Shown piece by piece: positions 1 through 10,000 of a stretch of DNA of 64,000 nucleotides. Source of the stretch: Podarcis melisellensis (taxonomy: Eukaryota). The first letter of the stretch is position 1, and the number at the start of each line of letters is the position of its first letter. The translations under genes were made by a program, and so were the position numbers. The notes under the pieces were generated by a model, which ran no database searches, was not told the DNA's origin, and saw only the letters and a program-made list of their open reading frames with translations. The DNA is taken from NCBI GenBank assembly GCA_964234715.1, contig OZ174289.1; one strand, given 5' to 3'.

Positions 1-29
1 GAGGATTCCGACCCTTGGCTCTCATGGAC
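1..29 (-). CDS. ZIC3: ZIC3 coding exon 3, 5' part (continues beyond the window edge)
   Basis: A polypyrimidine tract plus CAG acceptor (32-30) is followed by GTC CAT GAG AGC CAA GGG TCG GAA TCC = VHESQGSES, matching the ZIC3 C-terminal exon start. Confidence 0.92.
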
Positions 30-135
30 CTGAAAAAAGAAGGCAGAGACAATTGCCACAAGTCCAAGAGCAAGAAACTCTCTTCTTTTTTGCCAGTGGA
101 CAGAAGGGGAGAGTTGATTTACAGTGAGCCACCAA

Positions 136-137
<2 letters not shown>

Positions 138-178
<41 letters not shown>
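138..178. repeat. (GT)n microsatellite in ZIC3 intron 2
   Basis: Read directly from the sequence. Confidence 0.95.
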
Positions 179-180
<2 letters not shown>

Positions 181-1397
181 CTCATTATCTAGCTATTTGT
201 TTATTTTTAGAAAATTACTGGATAAGTGGAAAATATGGTCAACCTGCCAAGCTCATCCCATAATTAAATATGGGATGGAAAGGGTAAATTCTGGAAGAAA
301 TCCCCAACAACAACACCTTCTATAAAAACAGAAACAGGATAGCACATTATTAGATGAGCACACTATACTGGAAATCAGAGCACTGTTTTATACCTAGTGG
401 CTTCAAGCACTACTGTTCGCTATAAGTGATTTTTAAAAAAGATTTTATATTTCAGGAGCAGATTATATATGTATGTGCACTTAATATTTTAAATATGTGT
501 GGATGGATATCAGATGACTCTGCACTCCGTTCCAACCCCCCACACTCTCACAAACTCAGCGGCCAAATTTACTCATTCATAAACCAGGATTGGAAGCTTA
601 GCAACTATACATGATGAAATGTTATTTAACAAGGGAGAACAAACCAGGCACTTGAGACAAACTGCTCCTTGGGCAAAACGGCCCCCTCTCTGGCCAAGCC
701 AAAGCTTTTTGAAAATTACAAAGTAAAAAATAAAAATTTAAAAACAGCATGCGCAATTCCTTTTATTTTCATTTCACTGAGGCAATCATTACTTGAAAGC
801 CCAGGGAAGAGCCTTCTACTTTTTCACCAGCAGAATAGCCAGGGTTCTTTTCAATATGGAAATGTATCAAACTGGAAGGTTATACACACAGAAAAACACT
901 CCATGGGTGTATATGTCCAGACACACAAAATCAGCATATGGGCATAGGTTTATGCATAAAATATACATACATGTATAACTATATAGATTGATACATGTGT
1001 AATTAATTACATACATAATATAAACGCACATGAAGGCACATGCATATATAGTTCCAATTACATAAGCAGATGGGCAAACATAAATAACTATAGAACTATA
1101 TTATGTATTTTGTACACATGTATAATATAAATAGGTATGCATTCAGGAATAATACAGATGCTCTCAAACACACAAATTAATAAATAATTGATTAATTGAT
1201 AAGCATATATAACTATAAACCACACACACGTGACTTTTATTTACATCTATAAAAACAGAAACAGAAATGCAGATGCGTCTGTCAACATTCACTCTATATG
1301 CCCACACACTACATGAGAGCGGGGAAAGAGGGTGGTCAGATCTCACCAAATTAAGGGAGCCATGGCAAAAGCAAGGTCCCCAGGAGGAATCCTTTAC

Positions 1398-1561
1398 CTT
1401 CATGTGCTTCCTTAAGGAGCTGGGGTGGGTGTAGGACTTGTCGCAGACTTTGCAGATGTATGGCTTGTCTGATGTGTGGACGTGCATGTGCTTCTTTCGG
1501 TCGCTGCTGTTTGCAAAACGCCGGTCACAGCCTTCAAACTCACACTTAAAGGGCTTCTCTC
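1398..1561 (-). CDS. ZIC3: ZIC3 coding exon 2 (ZF4-ZF5), 164 bp
   Basis: Encodes [55 protein letters not shown]. Acceptor ttgcag| at 1562, donor AAG|GTAAAG at 1397. Phase matches exon 1. Confidence 0.97.
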
Positions 1562-2966
1562 CTGCAAGTAAAAAATAATAAATAACCAGAGATTGGGCCA
1601 CTTGTTTCGTAAAGAAGAGACACAGTAGCAGGATGGAGGTACAGAATGGTTTAGGGCTTTTCCCCACTAACTCCCCACTCCCTTTCTCTCTTATCACACA
1701 CAAGCACACCTTTTCTGCCTGCAGCAAAACTTTCTTCTTTTTCTTTGCAGCTTTTGGGCTCCCTGCTGCTCCTCTGCCTGAACTCTCTTGCTCTTTGTAC
1801 ACAGACAGGTTTCTGAATTTAATTTTTTTAAAAAGTAGGAGAGAGCAAGGAGGAGCCAAGGGCTCTGGGCTGGTGAAGGGACACCAGACAGTTCTGAGAC
1901 AACAGAGTTTTGAAACTTTGCAGTTCAATTAAAGGACCCTTTTGTAGCTTTTAATTTCTGCCTTTGAAATGCTACGGGCTTTCCTTAAGCTGGCTGTTAA
2001 AAATGAGATGAGAATTGGATGTTTAGATTATTTGGGGCAGGAAGAAAAGGAGGGGAGGGGAGAGAGAGAAAGCGGAGAAGAAAACTCCCCTGAAGATAAA
2101 TTGTGGAGATCCAGACAGTTTTATAAGATGTACTCAAGAAGGCAATAATGTGTGTTGGATTGCTGTTTCCGTCTAATTCTACGCTAGTTTTTTTGTAAAG
2201 GACAGAACCGTTTATTTCTCTTTTTTCCGTGCTTTTTTTTTTTAAAAAGAATGCTTTGGACAAAAAGTATCAGTGATTTAATTAGAAGATGTGCCAATCA
2301 AGGCATTAAGAGAGCGGGCGAGAGCGGAAGTAACCGAAAATTAGATTGCATTAGCATTTGTATGGTTTCCTCAACAGGATGTCTGAGGAGAGCTCAGTCT
2401 CTTTCTCTTTCTCGCAAAAAGCAACACACACAGCTCCAATGATTTTTGTTTCCCTCGCATTACATCCAGAGTGAGAGAACTCCATGAGAGGGACGAATGC
2501 GCGGGGGGGGGGGTGTACAGGGGTGGCTAAAGAGTTGCAGATGAAAAGAAAGGTTCTGAAATATCATCTTCAGAAGTAAAAGGGAAGTTTTAAAAAAAAT
2601 CAGTCAGGAGTTATTTCTCTTCTCGTTTGAAATCGACAAAGAACCTCCGTGAAACTGACTTTCACCGCGTAGGGGTGAAAATAGTATTTTAAACGCCTAA
2701 ACAGAAATAGGCAAAAGCAAACCACTCGTTTTATATAGTTTCAGATTATTTCTACCCCACCTTCCCCAAGCTCTGATCCTTCAGACCTCCAGAGCCATAC
2801 AGAGCAACCTTTTGGCGCGCTCTGCTTTTTTAAAAAAAATTTCTACCCAGAACAAAACCAAAATTATTAAAAATAAGAATCTGGGGTTTTAATTTTGTTG
2901 TCTTCTGCTCAGGATTATTGCTGGTTAGATAGATGCATACAACTGTATTGGTGGGTATATATTGTT

Positions 2967-2968
<2 letters not shown>

Positions 2969-3010
<42 letters not shown>

Positions 3011-3108
3011 TTTCGTAGATTTTCACGGGTACAGGAATGCAGGTTTTGGTGTCCTCGGGTGTCTTCCAACTTTTACACGGGAAGACACCCGAGGACACCA
3101 AAACCTGC

Positions 3109-3130
<22 letters not shown>
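2969..3130. repeat. (TA)n microsatellite interrupted by a Penelope-like fragment with a perfect 31-bp inverted repeat (3037-3067 / 3080-3110)
   Basis: atgcaggttttggtgtcctcgggtgtcttcc ... ggaagacacccgaggacaccaaaacctgcat with a 12-nt spacer and (TA)n on both sides. The Penelope assignment is from recall. Confidence 0.85.
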
Positions 3131-3141
<11 letters not shown>

Positions 3142-3188
3142 TACATACATGTCCAAGGGTGGTGTGCCAAGGGTGTGCCTCGCCTTAC

Positions 3189-4383
3189 CTGTGTGCGTCC
3201 TCTTGTGGATCTTGAGGTTCTCCGACCTGGCGAAGATCTTCCCGCAGCCGGGAAAGGGACACGGGAAGGGCTTCTCGCCGGTGTGCACGCGGATGTGGTT
3301 GACGAGTTTGTATTTCGCTTTGAAGGACTTGCCCTCGCGGGGACATTCCTCCCAGTAGCAGATGTGGTTGTTCTGCTCAGGGCCTCCGACGTGCTCCATG
3401 GTGACGTGGGTGACCAGTTCGTGCATGGTGCTGAAAGTCCGGTCGCAGCTCTTTTTGGGTCGGCTCAGCGGAGGCTGGTGAGGCTGCTGTTGCTGGTGCG
3501 GAGGAGCCGGAGGCTGCGACAGCTCCTCGATCCATTTGCAGGAGAGCTCCTGTTTGATGGGCTGCCGCATGTAGCGGAAAAAGGCTCCCGCGCCGTGGTG
3601 GTGGTGACGGTGGTGAGCCGCGGCGGCGGCGGCCGCCACGTTCATTCCCCCCATGTTCACATTCATGGGGCTGTAGTTGTGGAACTGAGCCGGGCCCCCA
3701 TAAGGGTCCGCGCGGGGGCTGGAGACTCCTCGGTACGTCTCCGGCCTCCCGAAAAAGTCCCCCCGCAAGCCCAGGTGCATCTGCCCGTTCTCCACGTGCC
3801 CGGTCGGGGAGGTGTGGCTGGGGTTCTGATCGTGCAAACTCGGGAACAGCAAGTAGCCGCCAGGGCTGTCCGCGATGCCCGGAGGAGCGTGGAGCCCGCT
3901 GGGCGCATTGCCGCCGAAGAGGCCGTGCTGAGCTGCAGCCGCAGCCGCGGATCCCCCTCCTCCGCCACCGCCGCCGCCGGCGGGGGAATCCCCGAGCGCG
4001 GATCCCCCGCGGTTGCGGAAGAGAAAGTCCCGCGTGGAGTTGAAAGCGGCCGCGGCGGCCGCGGCGGCATAGGAAGAAGGCACCTGGCCGGCGTGGTGAG
4101 GGTGAGGCGGGTGCGGAGGGTGGCGGTGGTGGTGATGGTGATGGTGCGGGTAGCCCGACGCTTGCGGCGTGAAAGCAGAGCCTTGTCCCGACGCCAGCTC
4201 GTGGGGCGCTGGGCTTATTTTAAAGGACGAGTCCCCGAAGGGGTGGTTGAGCCCCATGGCCGCAGCGGCAGCGGCGGCAGCGGCATCGCGGTTCGCCACG
4301 TCGTGCGGGTGGTGGCACGGCGCTCCGAAGCCCCCGACTCCCAGCGCGGGGAACTGAGGCCCGCCGTCTAACAACATGGTCAT
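3189..4383 (-). CDS. ZIC3: Zinc finger protein ZIC3, coding exon 1 (ZOC motif, ZF-NC, ZF1-ZF3)
   Basis: The translation starts [22 protein letters not shown], the ZIC3 N-terminus. It contains [36 protein letters not shown] and fingers through ...[18 protein letters not shown] is at 4383-4381 and the phase-1 donor is ACAG|GTAAGG at 3189/3188. Confidence 0.97.
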
Positions 4384-5230
4384 AGTCCGCCTCGAGAGAT
4401 GAAGCAGAAGCAGAAGGAAGAGGAACCGCGGGGAAGATGAAGAGGACGAGGCGGCCCCACGACGGCGATCTCCTCCCGCGTCTCCTTTTCGCCCCCTTTC
4501 CTGCCCCCCTCCCCAACTTCCAAATAACAACAACACGAGCTCTCCAAAGCTTTCGATCTCCCCCTTCTCTCTCTCTCTCTCCCCTCCCCACTACTAGCTC
4601 AGCCCCACACAATGGAGAGACAGGCAGGAGGGCTCGCGCGCCAGCCCCACGAATGCCGCATTCACACGCGCTCCAAACCTTTCACAAATAAGCGGGTGGG
4701 GGGGTTGGAGAGAAGAAGAGGGGGGTAGAGAAAACAACAACTGAACAACACCCGCTCCCCAAAAAACAGTCCCCGAAACCCCACCCACTAGCCCTAAAGG
4801 GCTACGAACGGAGGCACCCCCTCTGTTCCCCCCCCCACAGCCTCGCACACACAACCCCTGGGGGGATCCCCGCTGCCTCTTTCCCCTCCTGCCTTCCAGG
4901 AGGGCGCCCTCCACTCCAACTGAGCGACGTCCTTGCACTGGCTAAAGTCAGGCGCTCCTCCCTTCCTAACACATATGGAGAGGGGGGGAGAAAGAAAAAA
5001 GAGAGGGAGAGGAAGGGCGAGGGACGCTGAGAGGGAGAATACCCAACTCCGAGAGGCAGCTTCCCTGCCAGCCAATGGGGAACCGCCTGGCTAGCCGTCA
5101 CCTGACCCCCAGCTGGCCTGCCCATTGGACCAAACCCGCCTGATTGACAGCGTTTAACATTGAATATGGCAGCTGCGTTTAAGCCCTGCGCTCTGATTGG
5201 CCCGGCTGGGTTTAGTGAGGCGCAGGTAAG
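4384..5230 (-). promoter_or_regulatory. ZIC3 5'UTR/proximal promoter with CCAAT boxes and a PBX-PREP/MEIS site
   Basis: GC/CpG-rich. CCAAT/ATTGG at ~5072, ~5124 and ~5196; TGATTGACAG decamer at 5141-5150; GC-box-like CCCGCC at ~5135. The TSS cannot be determined from sequence. Confidence 0.7.
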
Positions 5231-7036
5231 GTTAAAGGGTGTCCGCCAACCCCCAAATGTTTTGTTTACTGGAGATGCAACGGGGGGCTTTTGCGGGGGA
5301 GCAGAGAAGAGGGCTTGGGGGTGGAGATGATGGTCCTGGGTTTAGGGGCAAATTACTTGTGCATCATTCTTACCCAGCCCAAAGCAGAAAGAGAGGGGGA
5401 GAAAGGATGACGCTCTGCGTGTATAGTCCGATTCCATCAACCGCTGCGCCGTTAATATTTAGGAAGAAAATTCCAAATCCTTTGAAGCTGTCCCTGCATT
5501 GCCCCCACCACGCGCATTTGCCCCTCATAGGACTCCCTTTGCTTCCCTTCAGCCCTCGCCAATTCCGTTTGTTTTCTGTAACAATCCCTCGAAAGCACTG
5601 TAGCAGCACACTTCTCTTGAAAAATAAAATAATAACAAGAAAAGTCTTTAAAGAAAAGGATGGAGGAAAACCGGAGTGGGGGTGGGGGGGAGATGAACTT
5701 GCAGAGATGAAAAACTTAAAAGACAGGGCAAGATGCTTCCAAAGACGTCAGAACTCCCCATATTTTCGTGCCTCGGGGCAGGCATGGCAGCGAGACCGAC
5801 GAGGAAAGACGCGGATCTATCCCCGACGGCACCGCGTTCAAAGCGGGGACTCTTTAAACCTGAGATGATTTTAATAATGATGATCATAATCACAGCAACG
5901 ACAAGAAACAGATTTTAAAAGTAATGATGATGTTGATGGCGTAAGGAAGGACACACACACACACTCCCCAGAAAACCGTGCTTGAGAAAATTGTTTTTAA
6001 AACGACAAAAATCCTCCGTTTGTTTATCTTTTTCCTTATTGCACATGTCCAAAGAGACCTTCGGAGTAAAATCTGTTTGCATGTGTAGAATGTATATATA
6101 GATATATTTTTCATTTTGTTTATATTTTTACTACGAATCATTTGAGTCTTTCTTTATTCATCGTCCCCACCCACCCCCACCTCATCTTCCCGCTAGAAGT
6201 GGAAGAAGAAACTTCAAAATCTTTGGGGGGGGTGAGGGGGAGCATAAGAAAGAAGGAGGGAGATGAGGAAGAGTTGAAACATCTGAAAGACAAGGCAACG
6301 TGTCTGTGGTTTAGGGTCCCTGGTTCTCTGCTTATGGCTCTCCAAGGCAAATATATACACATCTTTTCTTTCGAGCAGAGAACGTATAATGTTATCCCGA
6401 AACCTGAAGCTAGCGGATCAAAGGCACGCTTGGTATTTATTTATTTATTTATTTATCTGTTAATTTATTTGCAACGCAACGTTTTAATGTTGGGAAATGA
6501 CGGTCGTCTGTGGCAGCCGGGCTTCACCCCTTTCATTTTCCCAACCCCCCGCTCGCGTCCCACCGTCCTTCAAGTCTCAATAAATCCACTCATTTTCTCG
6601 TTCTGGAAAGCATTTGCAAAGAACGATGGGGGGGAAGCAAGTGTGGAAAGAAAAGGGCTCGGAAAGAGAGATGCCAGTAATTGTAATATCCTGAGATTCG
6701 CCGAGCCCCGAAGTCTCTCCATTGAAGGCCCCTCACAGGATTTGCCGCCGCCTCTCCGCAGGAAACATACAATCTGATCAAGTTCAGAAGCGCGTTGAGA
6801 AGAAGGAGAAGAAGAAGAAGGGAAGGGGGGAGTGCTTCAAACAGCGCTTTTATAAAATACAGTCCCCTTTTCACGTCCTCCCCCCCCACACACCCAACAC
6901 CAACCCTCAGAAAGGGGGGGGGAGACTTCACATTCTTTATTTTAGGGGTCTCGCCAAAAGGAGACAGAATGAGCGACCTGAAGACAGACTCAGACAGGAG
7001 GGATTGTCTTTCTACATATATATTGTTTTTCTACAC

Positions 7037-7043
<7 letters not shown>

Positions 7044-7082
<39 letters not shown>
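7044..7082. repeat. (CA)n microsatellite
   Basis: Read directly from the sequence. Confidence 0.95.
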
Positions 7083-7085
<3 letters not shown>

Positions 7086-10000
7086 TAAAACTTAGTCACT
7101 GGAGTTCACATCCTACCAATCCCCAAAGCCCCCCTCCCTCCAGAGCAGCCCAGGAAGGTGAGTCTGTTGCTTTCAGAAATCGCTGCCGATTTGCTTTATT
7201 ACTTTACTGACCAACTTACCTATCTACCTACCGAACTACTTATTACCAATCCTTTCTTCTCTTCTGAAGACAGAAAATGCAAGGGGGCGGTGGCGAAAGG
7301 CTTTGTTTTTCTCTCTTCCTTGGGGGTGATGTTTGTTTGGGAAGGGAAAGTTTTGGGGTTTCGCCTCCTTCCTATTGGAAGTTTCACTCGAACGGGGCAG
7401 TGTGTGTGAGAGAGAGGTTGCTGTTGTTGTTATTATTCATCCATTATAAAAATGACTAAAATGACCTCTTCATTCTCTGGGCCTCCGTGATGCTCGTCTG
7501 GTATGGGAAGGAGAACTGCCGGGGGGGGGCGTGGACAGGGCTGGAGAAAAATTGGGCCACGGGATGCACTACGAAGGCGCACAGAATCCCGGAGAATTTG
7601 GGGTTTCCCACGAAGCAAACGGGGGCCTCTTATAGCCACACAAGGGGGTCTGGCTCGGCAGAGATGACTCGGTGGATCCTCAAGGTCATAGAAGGAATCG
7701 AGTTGGCTCACCAAACACACAGATCTACGCGCGCGCACTCCTCCCCCCACCCCCGCGTACTTTTTATTTTATTTCAAGCGGAGTGTCCTTCTCTAAAAAC
7801 CACCTTTCCCCTGCCCTCTAGTTTTTCATCCTCCTTGTCACCACCAGCTTGACACTGTCCCAAGCGGTCGCTCTACCTGATCCCGGGGCCTGCCTTGCGA
7901 GGCCCTCGATCAGATAATTAATTACCTCCAGCACGTGTTCTGTTGTCTCTATAACAAAAAAAAGAGGCGTAATTCAATTAGATCATCAACGGAGTCTTGG
8001 GTTAGGGAATGTCTGTGAAGCCGCGTCGTGGGGCACGCTGGGGCGAATGACCTTTGCTAGGGCAAAAGGCCTCACGTGTTGGCCTGGTGGCCCATTGTCT
8101 TTGGCTGGCTGGGGTGATGTAGAACAAGTTGGGACTTCGGGCCGCTTCGAGAGCAACTTTCACTTGGGCACTGAAGCCCCAAATCTTTCTTTCTTTCTTT
8201 ACGCGAATCTAACAGATACATTTCTTCAGATATGGGTTATATATACACCCTGAACCTTCAAAAGCATAGTCCTTTTATTTTATTTTTAAAGGGGGGGTTA
8301 ACCCCATTCCTATGTTTTCTATGACCAAGTTACAAGGGAAGACGTAAAAATCAGATTAAAATTTCGAATTTATTTTCTCCATTGCGTCATGGTTACCCTA
8401 ATATATCCGAGAAGGGTGGGGTATTGGTGGGGGGTGGAGGAGAAGGAAAATCCGAATTAGTCCTTTTGCAGAGGGGAAAGCGAAAGACACCTTTGTGCGC
8501 GCTAGAAAGGCGACCTCGCCGAATATCTTGATTTATTCTGCGAGGAGGAAGTGCAAAGAAATCGTGATTTCTTTTGGGAGGAGAAACGTTTCCCTGAGAA
8601 GAAAGGAGAGGGTGTGTTTCAAAAGACGGCGGAAATAAATCGTAGCTTTAAACAAGGGACCGCGGTCCTTTCGAACTATTTTATTGCTTAAGAAGAGGAG
8701 AGGGGAGGCGTGGGGTGGGTGGGAAGGGGGAGGAGACAGATTTGACATAGTGGAGTCACTACAAGTAGATTAGGCAACATAAATTAACCTATAAATCTTT
8801 TTATATATACATTTCACCCCTCGGCAGCGACTGTGTGACTGGGGAAATAATATACGAGCAGACAAGAGCAGTTGGAAGTAGTTTACCTAGGCTTGGGAAG
8901 AAAGTGCGTTTTCACCACCCCGCCCCCTAACCTCTTTTAAAGAGCAGCGCGTATTATGTAACACGCACCAAGATAGGTTTCTAAAGCAAAACTCTGGATG
9001 TTGACTGTAAAATGAAATCTGTCCTCGTTTCTCTCTCTCTCTACACACCCCTCACAAATTAAAACCCAAAGTGGTTTGCTTTTACAAATGTGCTCGATTG
9101 TATGTGCTACTTTCCTACTCAGTATCTGTCTGTCCGACTGCCCCCCCTCTCTCTGCAGCCAAAATAAATCCGTCTTTAAGTCCTGATTTCAGTGGGGAAA
9201 TTAAGCACGTGCTTCCCGTTTTAAAGATCGCAGGGAGTTGTACGTGTTTAACCTGGCTGGATCATGTTTCGCCACTAGTTAGGTAGATGCTTGTTTGTAT
9301 TAGTTGGTTAATTAGTAAGGTATTTTGTGAATTGGTTGGTTACCTGGCCACGTATTTACCACCCTTTCTAGATCTCTTCATGCATCTATTCATAGGTGCA
9401 ATCTTCGCAACTGCATCATTGAGTGGGGAGAGGATATTTGTATGTGTTTGTGTATTGTGACTGTGTGTCTGTGTGTGCGTTACACGATCCGATTGCTACG
9501 ACCTAGACATCCTTATAAGGGTTTTAAAAATGCACACAGAGACCACCACCACGCTTTTAAAAATGTGTTGAGAAGATGGGGAGAAGTGGAGAAAAATAAA
9601 AGAAGAAAAATAAGAAGACAGTGCGCCCGTGAGTTATTTACTCTTAAACAACAGAAACCAGAGTCTAGCTCGTTTCTTTGACTGAAGTGGACTTGATATC
9701 CCATTTTTTTCACCCCCTTAAGAGAGACCTCTGCCTCTCTCCCATTTCTCCTGTTTAATCCCAGAAAGTGATATATTACACATTTAGAAGGTGGTATGAA
9801 TAGTGAGATCCGCTTCTCCCGTTTCCTTAGGGTCTCAGAGGTCTCTCTCTCTCCCCCTCTCTCTCTCCAAAAAGAGGCAAGAATGTTAATAACTTAATAA
9901 CTTTCCGAGAAAAAAGAAGAAGAAATATTGTAAAAAATTTCATCATTTAAAACCTTTCTGCTGATTTAATTTCCCCTTAGAACACATCTTAAAACATTTT

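Larger units (their letters stand above)
3170..5300. other. CpG island over ZIC3 exon 1/promoter
   Basis: Visibly very high GC and CpG density relative to the flanks. Confidence 0.85.

Noticed and set aside
1164-1928. 254-aa ORF containing zinc fingers
   Set aside because: Only 1398-1561 is exon; the rest is intronic read-through beyond canonical splice sites.
3037-4371. 444-aa + strand ORF antisense to ZIC3 exon 1
   Set aside because: It is a shadow of the GC-rich, codon-biased ZIC3 CDS, begins in the TA-repeat/foldback, and has no recognisable domain.
4384-4536. In-frame N-terminal extension of the 487-aa ORF
   Set aside because: Non-ATG start and low complexity; the conserved start is MTMLLDGG at 4383.
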